Shown piece after piece: positions 26,816 through 36,279 of a stretch of 64,000 nucleotides of DNA. The number at the start of each line of letters is the position of its first letter. Position 1 is the stretch's first letter. Under the pieces are notes generated by a model. It worked only from the letters and a program-made list of their open reading frames with translations. It made no database searches and had not been told where the DNA came from. The position numbers were made by a program, and so were the translations under genes. The stretch comes from an uncultured bacterium (GTDB lineage: Bacteria > CSSED10-310 > CAZUFC01), in contig CAZUFC010000002.1 in the NCBI GenBank assembly GCA_964619725.1, positions 49,057 through 113,056 of the forward strand, given 5' to 3'.

Positions 26816-27817
26816 CTATGGGGCCCTGTATTCATCACGCAACCTGAGGACTTTATCGAACATCCCGGCAGGCACCAGATTACCCTTTATCTTATCATAA
26901 GCCTCTTTAGCCGTCTCCACCCACTGCCGTTTTTCTTGCTCGCTTAATTCCCAAATCTTCAAGCCTCTCTTTGTCATCGCTTCCAAGGAAGCTTTCTCAC
27001 GGTTTCTGGTGTCCTCCATAAGCTTGCGTCCCATTTCGTCTGCGACATCCATTATTTTCCTTCGATACTCCGGTTTGACCTCTTCCCACGTTTCGCCGTG
27101 AATGACAATAGCTCCCTGCAACGGCGCCCATTTCAAATCCGTCATGTTCGGCGCATAACGAAAAATATTGGAACTTTCGGCATATATAACCGGCATATAA
27201 ATCGCTTCAATCAGTCCCGTTTGAAGTCCTGTAACCACATCCGCATACGTTATGGGCACGGGTTTGAATCCCGCCCATTTCATTATTTCCACTGATGAAG
27301 CCTCAGTCGCTGAAGCGGCAAGCTTCATCTTTTTTAATTGTTCCGGGGTCTTCAGAGGTTCCTTAGAAAAAAAATGTACCCACCCGACGTCCGACCAGGT
27401 CAGAACGACAAATCCCTTTTCTTTCAGTTTACCGGTCAAATCCTCGTTCAGTTTGCCTCTTACGTAATCCCATTCCTCATAACTTTCAAACATCAAAGGA
27501 ATCATCAGCGCATAAACGGACTTGTCGATATCCGATAAACCCGATGCAGAAACCGCCGCAGCCTGCAATTGTTTAATCCGCATTTTACGAACCATGTCCT
27601 GTTCGCTTCCGACTATACCTCCGGCATATATGCGCACTCGCACTTCCCCGTCTGTAACCGATTGAACGCCGGCGGCAAATTCTTTTAATATCTGATGCCA
27701 TTCGGAATTTTTGGGGGCAGCGGTCCCCAGGCGTATGACGGTTTTCGATTCAATGCATTGAGCATTCAAAATGATCGTCGCAATCGATATAATCAAAGAA
27801 ATCCTTAAATTTCGCAT
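26816..27817 (-). CDS. dctP: TRAP substrate-binding protein DctP (TatP-type)
   Basis: Signal peptide; IRLGTAAPKNSEW, YAGGIVGSE and GLQTGLIE motifs. Confidence 0.88.
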   Translation of the reverse strand: MRNLRISLIISIATIILNAQCIESKTVIRLGTAAPKNSEWHQILKEFAAGVQSVTDGEVRVRIYAGGIVGSEQDMVRKMRIKQLQAAAVSASGLSDIDKSVYALMIPLMFESYEEWDYVRGKLNEDLTGKLKEKGFVVLTWSDVGWVHFFSKEPLKTPEQLKKMKLAASATEASSVEIMKWAGFKPVPITYADVVTGLQTGLIEAIYMPVIYAESSNIFRYAPNMTDLKWAPLQGAIVIHGETWEEVKPEYRRKIMDVADEMGRKLMEDTRNREKASLEAMTKRGLKIWELSEQEKRQWVETAKEAYDKIKGNLVPAGMFDKVLRLRDEYRAP

Positions 27818-27830
27818 GTTTCAAACCTTT

Positions 27831-28739
27831 CTATAAAAATAATTCATCGGTTTTGCTGAGTAATCGTTCGGCTCTCTGCTGCGCCAGAATGTTGAAAAGC
27901 CTGTATTTTGGAGCAGAATCCACATCAAAAGCAAGCGCACGCTGTAATAATTCCACGAATTGTTCCCGGTCCTGCCGGGCTACGCTTATCATTTCCGCCC
28001 AATCCACCCAAAGAGAACATTTTTTACCGTCGCTGAGTTCCAACGCTCTCAAATAGTGTTCTCTAGCTTTTTCGACGGTTCCGCCGGGAAATTGAGCTTC
28101 ATAACTCATCAGGTATTCATGGATAACGCCTTGTTCATAATCTTCATCCAATTCCAGGGCGCGACGAAGAAGGGCGCCCACCAGGCTAATATCAGCAGTC
28201 ACTTCAGGGTCGTCTTTAGCGGAAGATGCGGCGCCGCCCAATGCTGCTGCGGTCCAGACTGCGGCATCGACATCCTTTGGTTCAATCCTGGAAGCTGCAG
28301 CTTTCGGTTTTTTGATCAACATGTCCCTGATTCCGGGATATTGGGTTTCCAGCGCCCGCAATCCGTATCCGTACGCCCGTTTGTAAAGCTTCGCCGCCCG
28401 GTTTCTTATCTCTTCCGCTCGCCTGAAATCGACGTCCTCCATAGCTTCAGCATCCAGTTGCACGAAAGCGTAACTGTAAAAAGAGAAAGTTTTGGTTAAA
28501 GTTACAAGCAATTCCTTATTATAAGGGTCCGATTCGAGAAAAGCTTCCATCAATTTAAGATTGGAGGGCAATGACATCTCTATTAACCGGGGATCATCAT
28601 CTCCCAAATAGACGCCCTCCATGCCTGACAGCAGGTCCGTAACCGTCCTGGCCGCTTGCCTTTTCAGTGAACAGGCAGAAAATATCGCAGTAACCGCAAA
28701 AAAGAAAAAGATGAATTTAAAGTATTTCGCTGTAGGCAT
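27831..28739 (-). CDS. tatT: TPAT system T-component lipoprotein
   Basis: Lipobox FSAC, helical TPR-like body, end ERLLSKTDELFL, and position directly upstream of dctP-dctQM. Confidence 0.8.
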   Translation of the reverse strand: MPTAKYFKFIFFFFAVTAIFSACSLKRQAARTVTDLLSGMEGVYLGDDDPRLIEMSLPSNLKLMEAFLESDPYNKELLVTLTKTFSFYSYAFVQLDAEAMEDVDFRRAEEIRNRAAKLYKRAYGYGLRALETQYPGIRDMLIKKPKAAASRIEPKDVDAAVWTAAALGGAASSAKDDPEVTADISLVGALLRRALELDEDYEQGVIHEYLMSYEAQFPGGTVEKAREHYLRALELSDGKKCSLWVDWAEMISVARQDREQFVELLQRALAFDVDSAPKYRLFNILAQQRAERLLSKTDELFL

Positions 28740-29112
28740 TGCCGCTCCCCTGTTTCCTCATCTGGTCCTGGAGACCGAAAGCGATCTCCGCACACATTCC
28801 TTTTAATAATAGTCAGATCGTGTATATATATCAAGCGCCGCTTCTTTTTGTCGCAGAATTCAAGGATTATCTGACGCATGTTATTCGAAGGCTGAGAATA
28901 TGAGTTAAAGGGATTTGTTCGCTCGTATTTCTCATGCAAAACCTAGTTGCGATCTTGTATGAGAAAACCGGGTTAAGGGTTCTGGCTACCTCTGGAGCTT
29001 CTGCTTTGTTGATCTTTCCGTCACATTTTAAAGTTATGTTCATGCTTTGGGTCGATTTACAACTCAGACCCTGACATTCGGATTTTGGTAATTTTACGGT
29101 TTAGATGCGCAG

Positions 29113-29136
29113 GCAGGCTGGAAGCCTGCGCTCCCA
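29113..29136. repeat. REP-like GC-rich palindrome
   Basis: GCAGGC-TGGAA-GCCTGC followed by GCTCCCA, intergenic; single copy in this window. Confidence 0.5.
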
Positions 29137-29239
29137 GTAACCATCAACAGTTTTGGGTCGTCGGGATAGGATTCTCGATTATTTATGAATTACCCGGCGT
29201 CACCCACGCCTGCGGCAAAAATCTGAGCCGGCCCCTAAT

Positions 29240-30337
29240 TCAGAAATTCTTTTCCGTAACCTGCCACCGGTCTCCCTGGATGTCGAAAATGAAATATCCC
29301 GGTTTTTTTTTCTGGAATCTGTCCGAATGCGTCGTCGCTCCAGCGCAGAAAACAGATATGCCGTCTACTGTCTTTGTAAATCGCTGATGCTTATGACCAT
29401 GGAGAATAATCCGTATGCCCTCTCTTTTCGCTATGCTCAGCAGTTCGTCCCGGTTTTCCAGCTCCGTCATAAACATATTCTCTATCCTTTTTGATGCTCG
29501 GTTAAAAAACACGCTCCTGGTCCTGATTCTGCCGGGCGGATTCACCAGGTGATGATGCAACGCCAGTATCTTGAAACGTTTTCTCACTTCCTTCCTCCGG
29601 CATATTTCAGCTAAAAGCTCAATTTGTTCGTCCGCGATATAACCTCTATTGTTGAATACAGGGTCTGGAGCGGTACTGTCCAACGAAATGATGCATACTC
29701 GATCTCCGATAATATCCATCCGGGGAAAGGAATTTTCCTTGTCTGAGGCCTGAATCGATTGGTCGTCGCTTATCACATCCTGGAAATATCTGAAGAAATT
29801 CTTGAGTTTATCTTCTTTGAGAAACGAGGAATTTTTTTTCAGGGCCCTGACCATGATATCATGATTGCCGGGCAAAAGAGTAAGCCCGCGGTTTTTCTTT
29901 AATTTTCCCAGAAATTCAGCAGCCTTGATGAACTCAGATTTGAATGCAGTATTGGTAATGTCGCCCGTAAATACCACATGATCGATGCTTTCCTTGTCGA
30001 TATCTTCGATCAACCTGTTGCGGATTTTATACTGATCTTTTCTGATCAGCGAAATACGGTGAAATTTTATATACTGATAATAAAGATAATAAACCGCGGG
30101 CATACTCAATCCCATAAGAAAAGCTATTTTTTTCAGATCAGAACTGGTAACTGACTGGGGTATTCTGAGGATGCTCCCAACGAACTTTTTTCTTTCTTCT
30201 TTGTTTTCACGAATTGTTTTTACGACGGAGCGTACGGCCAGCGGTACCCCTGAAAGAACGGTAAAATCAAAAAACGCTTTCGTGAGGTTAATCCTCGGAT
30301 CAGAGATGTGCAAGTCGGAAATATGAGCGATCTTCAC
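29240..30337 (-). CDS. Calcineurin-like metallophosphoesterase (CpdA-like)
   Basis: HISDLH, TGDITN, PGNHD, ALHHH and HGHKH motifs, with an insertion after motif I. Confidence 0.85.
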   Translation of the reverse strand: MKIAHISDLHISDPRINLTKAFFDFTVLSGVPLAVRSVVKTIRENKEERKKFVGSILRIPQSVTSSDLKKIAFLMGLSMPAVYYLYYQYIKFHRISLIRKDQYKIRNRLIEDIDKESIDHVVFTGDITNTAFKSEFIKAAEFLGKLKKNRGLTLLPGNHDIMVRALKKNSSFLKEDKLKNFFRYFQDVISDDQSIQASDKENSFPRMDIIGDRVCIISLDSTAPDPVFNNRGYIADEQIELLAEICRRKEVRKRFKILALHHHLVNPPGRIRTRSVFFNRASKRIENMFMTELENRDELLSIAKREGIRIILHGHKHQRFTKTVDGISVFCAGATTHSDRFQKKKPGYFIFDIQGDRWQVTEKNF

Positions 30338-30385
30338 TGAAGTAACTCAGAATTGACTTTTCTGCGGGATGCCGGGGTCTACAAT

Positions 30386-31240
30386 TTACAGATTGAGTCC
30401 CGGATGTTTTGCGATGGCATCGCCGAATTTTGTTTTTTTCATGCCTTCTTTCTTTTCCATCAGTTCTTCGAATCGGTCGTCATCAACCATGGCGACGATT
30501 CTGCTGATGGAGGATTCGCCGTCGACGAATCGCCAGGGGAAGCAGCCTATCTGTGTTCGGGAGTTGAGCAGGAGGTCGATGTCTCCTCCCAGGCATTCGG
30601 CGTGAACGATGGAGTGAGGAAACAGGAAAATATGCATCAGTTGATACTTGGACGAATCGAAATGGTCGCGCAGTCCGCATCCGTATTTTTTCCTGAAATG
30701 AGCATCGCATTCTTTCGCCTGTTCCGGCATCCAGTCGCGAATTTTGGTGTTCATGGGATGGTCGGCGCTTCCGCAGTCAACGCCTATCCATTTCAATTTT
30801 TTCTTGACGGCCCATTCCGCGAAACGTTCATCCGGTCCGGGATGCTTCACCATGTATCGCACCTCATCCGCGGTGGGATGGTCCCATCCGAAATGGTGAT
30901 ACCCCGTATGAATGATTAATATGTCGTTTTCCTTGACCTCCACTCGTTTTTCGATATCTTCCGGCGTATATATGTCATAGTCGCCGCAGCAATCGGAAAG
31001 GTCAACCACCGCCGCAGGCCCGGTCAGATAATCGAAATCCAGGCCGGCGATGTCCTTGCCCGGGGTAAAAAAATGAATTTCGCCGTCCAGGTGAGTCCCT
31101 ACGTGGTTTGAATGGGTCACCAGTTGTCCGTTGGCGCCGTTGGGAGCCAACCTTTTAAAATACTTCACCTGCAACGGTTCATAAGTAGGCCAGGGCGGAG
31201 TCCCGATACCCAATGGAATCGTCAAATCGATAAATTTCAT
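30386..31240 (-). CDS. Cyclase family (kynurenine formamidase-like) metallohydrolase
   Basis: IDLTIPL and HVGTHLD (HxGTHxD) motifs. Confidence 0.85.
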   Translation of the reverse strand: MKFIDLTIPLGIGTPPWPTYEPLQVKYFKRLAPNGANGQLVTHSNHVGTHLDGEIHFFTPGKDIAGLDFDYLTGPAAVVDLSDCCGDYDIYTPEDIEKRVEVKENDILIIHTGYHHFGWDHPTADEVRYMVKHPGPDERFAEWAVKKKLKWIGVDCGSADHPMNTKIRDWMPEQAKECDAHFRKKYGCGLRDHFDSSKYQLMHIFLFPHSIVHAECLGGDIDLLLNSRTQIGCFPWRFVDGESSISRIVAMVDDDRFEELMEKKEGMKKTKFGDAIAKHPGLNL

Positions 31241-31253
31241 CTTGTTTCTCCTT

Positions 31254-32393
31254 TCATTGGGGTTGCTTCGATAACTTAAGCGGTAAATTCTTTATTACGT
31301 CAAATATCCAGCCGGCCAGGAGCTTCTGTCCCTTCGCGTTGGGATGCCAGTCGTCGACGAATAAACTCCTGTAATCGTCGTCCACTTCAATACTCCTCAA
31401 AACATTCGGCTGGCGAGAGGCGATGGTTCTGTTCTCATCCGCATCTTTCAACCTCGTTTTTATTCCTTCCTTCCCGTCATCTTCCCGCTCGATCCGCTGC
31501 AAATATGCGTCGAATTTCTCTGCAGCGTTCAGATAAGGAATATTCTCATCCTCCGCGGTCTTCTTCATGATATTCTGATAATCGTCCAATTCTTTCGGAG
31601 CCGCCGTGACTTTTTCGTTGATGAAAATGAGCCTGAAACTTTGTTCTTGCGCCAGGCGGGAAAAAGATTCTAAATTGTCACGATATTTCTCCGGCCTTGT
31701 CCTTATGCTTTTGTATCGCGTCTGTTCTCTGACCCTCCCTTTTACCGTTTCGATATAAATACGGTTCAGGTTCAGGAATATTGATGAATTCGTGAGGAAT
31801 TTTTTCAATTTCCAGGAGAAAGTCTCACGGACGTTCATTTCTGCAGCGTCTTCCATATAAGAAGTCAACTGATCGTTGATGGTGAAACAGACGGTAACGA
31901 CATCCGGACCGTATTGCAGCAGCTCCTCTTTCAAAAAAAGCAAAGCCTGGTTGGTCGTATAACCCATAACGCCGGCATTGACAGCCAACGCAGGACTGAA
32001 CCGCTCATCACCATTCAGCATCTTACCCAGTTGCGCCGGATAGGTCTCCGGTCCGTCAACGCCCCAACCGAACGTCACGGAACCCCCCAAACAGAAAACC
32101 TTCAACCTATAATCCCTCTTCAGGTCTTCCTCGTTCAGACATTCTTCGCCACACCGAAATCCCATCTCGTTCGTCACAACATGAAAATATCCGTTCGAAA
32201 TATCCGCATCCGGTTTCGTCCGCCAGAGGAGCGAATCGTCTTCAATCATTAATCGGCTGTCCTGGTTCAGGAACTTGAATTCCGACCATTCTTCGGACAT
32301 CCCCAGCAAGCGTAAAGCGACCTCCGCCGTCATAATCAACATTAATCCGAATCCCAATCCAAATAACGTTCTTTTCACAGATTCTTTCGCCAT
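31254..32393 (-). CDS. Membrane-anchored SGNH/GDSL hydrolase
   Basis: N-terminal TM; LGGSVTFG, NAGVMGY, IND and DDWHPN blocks. Confidence 0.85.
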   Translation of the reverse strand: MAKESVKRTLFGLGFGLMLIMTAEVALRLLGMSEEWSEFKFLNQDSRLMIEDDSLLWRTKPDADISNGYFHVVTNEMGFRCGEECLNEEDLKRDYRLKVFCLGGSVTFGWGVDGPETYPAQLGKMLNGDERFSPALAVNAGVMGYTTNQALLFLKEELLQYGPDVVTVCFTINDQLTSYMEDAAEMNVRETFSWKLKKFLTNSSIFLNLNRIYIETVKGRVREQTRYKSIRTRPEKYRDNLESFSRLAQEQSFRLIFINEKVTAAPKELDDYQNIMKKTAEDENIPYLNAAEKFDAYLQRIEREDDGKEGIKTRLKDADENRTIASRQPNVLRSIEVDDDYRSLFVDDWHPNAKGQKLLAGWIFDVIKNLPLKLSKQPQ

Positions 32394-32499
32394 CAGCAGC
32401 CGGTTTCACCTTCCGTTAATTTCTATTTCCCCCTGTTTTTCGCCTTGCGGGTGAAATACGCTCCTCAAAGCATAGTATCCAAACACTGAAATTACAACG

Positions 32500-32528
32500 T
32501 TGACTTTCAAAAAGCTTTCTTTTATATT
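32500..32528 (+). promoter_or_regulatory. Putative sigma70 promoter for 32682
   Basis: TTGACT-N17-TATATT. Confidence 0.55.
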
Positions 32529-32681
32529 AAAGACGGGTTGAGCCGGAGAATCTCCGGCGGGGACTTCTCATCAATGCCTTTTGAAAATTTTGCGTATCAT
32601 TCTTTATTGGACTTCTGACGTTCTTTCTTTAAGGACAACGGCTTAATGTCGTTTTGTCCCTTTCTTTGAAGGAGAATCAAT

Positions 32682-34649
32682 ATGACGACATATCCGCATA
32701 GGGCGAATTTTTTCTCATATCTCTTCAAAGTTATTCTTTTCGGCAGTTCAGCAGGCTTCATCGAATATGCTCTTTGTGCCTTTCTGGGTTTGACGTGGGA
32801 ATATCCTCCCTTCATGGAAATAAATCTGCTTGATGCCGTGGCCGCAAGCTTCCTGTACCTGCCGTTCGTTTTCCTCTTATGGAGCGCTGTATTTTTGGTT
32901 CATTATTTAATGCAGAAGCTGCTGCTTCGGAGAAAAAAGAAAGCAGGCAAACCCGAACCTTTCTTCATATTCCTGATCGTCACGCTTTTTACTTTTATTT
33001 TTAACCGGCATAACGTCAATTTTATCCTCTCGGCGATGGAATCGACTTCTTCCGGACAGCAATTGATAAACATGTTCAGCCGTTACTTCGGCTCGACTCT
33101 TCTAACGCTGCTGGCAGCAGGCCTGGCCGCCTGCGTAATCGTCGCTTACGTCATTATGGCTATATTGAAAAAAAGCAGACTTATCCGATATGATTATGCT
33201 TTATGGGCAGTTTCGATCCTCATCAGTTTCCTGTTGCTGTCAGGCGCATCCGACACGTCGCCGGCAAAAGCGGGGACTCCTGTCGACTCAACGAAAAAAA
33301 ATATTATCTTCATCGTCTCCGATGCACTCCGATTCGATCGCCTCGGCGCATCAGGCAACTCGCGAATAATAACCCCGAACCTGGACCGTTTCAGTAAAGA
33401 TTGCATAATCTTCCCCCGGACATTTTCTCACAGTTCAGAAACCTCAACGGCCATGAGATCGATATTCACTTCGCTTTACCCAATGCAGCACCGCATGTCC
33501 TCTGTCGGCGAAAAATTGAACTCGAAAGCTTTTACGCTGGCCAGGGCGCTTCAAAACGAAGGATATTTCACCTGCGCGGTCATGGGAAATCCTGAACGCC
33601 GGCGAAGCCTGGGACTGGGATTCCATTGTTTCGAGGACGTTTTTACCGAAGGACTTCCCTATTATATCGAAGTTAACATGAATCATTCGCTGTTGGGGCG
33701 TTTCATCGGCGATCTTTTCTACAAAAAGAGCCTGAGAGCCGACAAAATAGCTGAAAAAACGCTTTATTTCCTGAAGAATAATAAAAGAAAACCTTTTTTC
33801 CTCTATGTACATATAATGGAACCGCATACTCCCTACGATGCCCCGGAACCTTATCAGAAAATTTATCCCGCCGAGTCTTATTCGCCCGTCATGTACGAAG
33901 GCTGTAACAACGACATTACGCAAACGCATCATCCGCCGAAGATCAGTGAAGCCCAAAAACTCCATTCCCTTTATGATGCCGGCGTTCAGTTCATGGATGC
34001 GAATTTAGGTGAAATTCTGCGAGCATTGACGCGGGAAAACCTTTACGAAAATTCGATGATCATCTTTACCTCAGATCACGGCGAATCATTATACATGCAC
34101 AACTATTATCCTGAACATGCCCGGTATCTGTATGACGATTCGATCCATGTGCCTCTTTTCATTAAATTGCCCAGCCCTGAATCCCGTTCAAAAATAGACG
34201 ACTCCATGATCGGGCATGTCGACCTGTTTCCCACAATTCGGGATTACTTCGATCTTAATTTTGAGAATCCTTATCCAATCAGGGGGAAAAGTTTTGTTCC
34301 TTTCCTGGGACAAAATGCCCGCACCGAAATCGGAAAAGACCCAGATGAAAAGCTATGCCTGAGCTCGGTATGCCATAGAGGGCATGACAAGGAACTGCAC
34401 AGTTGCAGGACGAGAGAATGGAAATACATTTACAGACCATTGAACGGGAACGAAGAACTTTACGATATAAAGAAGGATCCGGAAGAATCGTCGAACCTGG
34501 CTTATGAAAATAATGAAAAGCTGGCGGAACTGCGCCAAGAATTTCAAGCGCTATTCGATGAAAGCAGGGAGCAAATCCTGAAACCGACCAGAACCCGCAT
34601 CGAGCAAACAGAGATAGATAAATTGCAAGCGCTGGGCTATCTCCAGTAG
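32682..34649 (+). CDS. Membrane-bound sulfatase/alkaline-phosphatase superfamily enzyme
   Basis: About 5 N-terminal TMs; NIIFIVSDALRFD, HIMEPHTPY, TSDHGE, ELYD..DP and the end LQALGY. Confidence 0.85.
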   Translation: MTTYPHRANFFSYLFKVILFGSSAGFIEYALCAFLGLTWEYPPFMEINLLDAVAASFLYLPFVFLLWSAVFLVHYLMQKLLLRRKKKAGKPEPFFIFLIVTLFTFIFNRHNVNFILSAMESTSSGQQLINMFSRYFGSTLLTLLAAGLAACVIVAYVIMAILKKSRLIRYDYALWAVSILISFLLLSGASDTSPAKAGTPVDSTKKNIIFIVSDALRFDRLGASGNSRIITPNLDRFSKDCIIFPRTFSHSSETSTAMRSIFTSLYPMQHRMSSVGEKLNSKAFTLARALQNEGYFTCAVMGNPERRRSLGLGFHCFEDVFTEGLPYYIEVNMNHSLLGRFIGDLFYKKSLRADKIAEKTLYFLKNNKRKPFFLYVHIMEPHTPYDAPEPYQKIYPAESYSPVMYEGCNNDITQTHHPPKISEAQKLHSLYDAGVQFMDANLGEILRALTRENLYENSMIIFTSDHGESLYMHNYYPEHARYLYDDSIHVPLFIKLPSPESRSKIDDSMIGHVDLFPTIRDYFDLNFENPYPIRGKSFVPFLGQNARTEIGKDPDEKLCLSSVCHRGHDKELHSCRTREWKYIYRPLNGNEELYDIKKDPEESSNLAYENNEKLAELRQEFQALFDESREQILKPTRTRIEQTEIDKLQALGYLQ

Positions 34650-34754
34650 CCGGCGGCGCCTGTGAATGAACTTGAATTCGTTAGATTCGTATGATTAGCG
34701 GTTGAATTCTGTGAGGTTTCATGCACCAACATCATGCCGCTTCTTTCTGACCTG

Positions 34755-34914
34755 AAAAAAACGGACATTGATCAAAAAATCTTCTTTTGAGGTTACAATT
34801 ATTCCGAATTTCCCCATTTTGTTTCGAGTGCGATCCCGATCCCAATACCGACATCAATTAATGAAACAAACTGTCAAAAGTTTTCAAAGAAGTGTAATCC
34901 CGGTTTGATCAGTC
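34755..34914 (-). repeat. Dispersed ~150 bp intergenic element, copy 2
   Basis: Reverse complement aligns to 4212-4360 with a short internal insertion; terminal inverted repeats at 34767-34776 and 34904-34913. Confidence 0.75.
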
Positions 34915-34917
34915 GCT

Positions 34918-34958
34918 AAAAAAGAAAAGCCGCATGCTTTTAAAGAGAATGCGGCTTT
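34918..34958 (-). terminator. Intrinsic terminator of 34981-35775
   Basis: AAAGCCGCAT (34926-34935) / ATGCGGCTTT (34949-34958) stem followed by a T-tract on the minus strand. Confidence 0.7.
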
Positions 34959-34980
34959 CGACTTCTGCTGATTCTGAAAA

Positions 34981-35775
34981 TCAATAGATGTCCATGTAAG
35001 AGAATTCATCCAATCCGACCAGTTCGCCCCGTTTTAAAATGCCCATATAGCCCGTTACCGGAATGGACGGTTCCACGGGCGCAATCGTGGACACAAAAAC
35101 CCATCCTGACCATTGAACCGGAATGTATGTCGTCCATAATCGCGACAGCTTTATCGTCTTCGCTTCATAGGGTCCCAGACGAAACAGGGAAGGATCAAGA
35201 AACGTACCGTTATCCGCTACACGTTGTATTTGAGCGCCGACGTTATAGTTGTTCAGATTTACCAGGATAATTTCAGTATTTAATTCATCTTCATAGCGAA
35301 ATCTGAATTGCATGCACCCGTGAACCGCGTTGAAAGGACTGTGGGCATCTACAGGAAGCCAGGATGCCGTCGGTCCCGCCGGATAAAGCACATTGGACAT
35401 AGTCCGTGCAGTAAAAATACTGACCTTTCCTATCAGCGGCAAATCATCCACTCCCGTTGAATGGAACCTGAAAAAAACTATCCCCTCTCCAGCATGCTGG
35501 CTCGTGAAACGGGGCTTGCGAATTACGCTGGAGTATGCATCTATCCAGAATACCAATCCAAGCGGTTCGTTTGCTATTTTTTCGCTGACGACAACTCGAT
35601 GAGGATTAGGGTTCGTAATTTTTACCGTCGTTACAAGACCGCTCTCATCGTTGTATCGAAAATACGCCGCCTTTTTCCCGCCTCGATCCAAATCAAAATC
35701 CTGAGCAAAAACGCTTGCCCCCATACCTAATACTATCACGAAACAAAGCATCACTCTCATCATCCTGAAATTCAT
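34981..35775 (-). CDS. Hypothetical secreted protein with two beta-rich halves
   Basis: Signal peptide MNFRMM...VFA after an AGGAG RBS; internal similarity TTVKITNPN / TEIILVNLN. Confidence 0.7.
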   Translation of the reverse strand: MNFRMMRVMLCFVIVLGMGASVFAQDFDLDRGGKKAAYFRYNDESGLVTTVKITNPNPHRVVVSEKIANEPLGLVFWIDAYSSVIRKPRFTSQHAGEGIVFFRFHSTGVDDLPLIGKVSIFTARTMSNVLYPAGPTASWLPVDAHSPFNAVHGCMQFRFRYEDELNTEIILVNLNNYNVGAQIQRVADNGTFLDPSLFRLGPYEAKTIKLSRLWTTYIPVQWSGWVFVSTIAPVEPSIPVTGYMGILKRGELVGLDEFSYMDIY

Positions 35776-36279
35776 CTTTCTTCTCCTTTCATTCTTGTCC
35801 TCATTTATTATTTCTTTTATGCTATCGCAAAAACTCCGTCTTTTCCCTGCTTTCACCCCCTCTCGTTGTTCGATAAAACATTTTGCCCGTTACCGAAACC
35901 TTCAGGCAGCTTGTCCGTAAATTCCGACAAAAGATATATCAATATTCATGCCGTAATGTTTTGAAAAATATTATTTTTGAAAAATAGAATATAAATTATT
36001 GAATTTAAAACAAAAAAAATTGAGGACTGTGTTTAAATCACGGTCAACTTTAAGGGCAAAGCATCACTCAATTTCCTCAAGATTCTGCGAATAAAATAGG
36101 ACCGATTTCATAATATATTGATTTTAAAGGTTATTTCTTTAAAAAAAAATTGCGTCAGTGGGAGCAAATTTACGAGCGAGCGCGTTTCCGCAGACTCGAT
36201 TCACGATTCAAATTTTAATGCATAAAAGTCGCTGGGATTTTTGAATCATGAAGGAGGGCTAGCAACAGAAGGTAATACT

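Noticed and set aside
24977-28739. TRAP operon with an extra TPR lipoprotein as a novel system
   Set aside because: It matches the already described TPAT (TatT-TatP-TatQM) transporter class.
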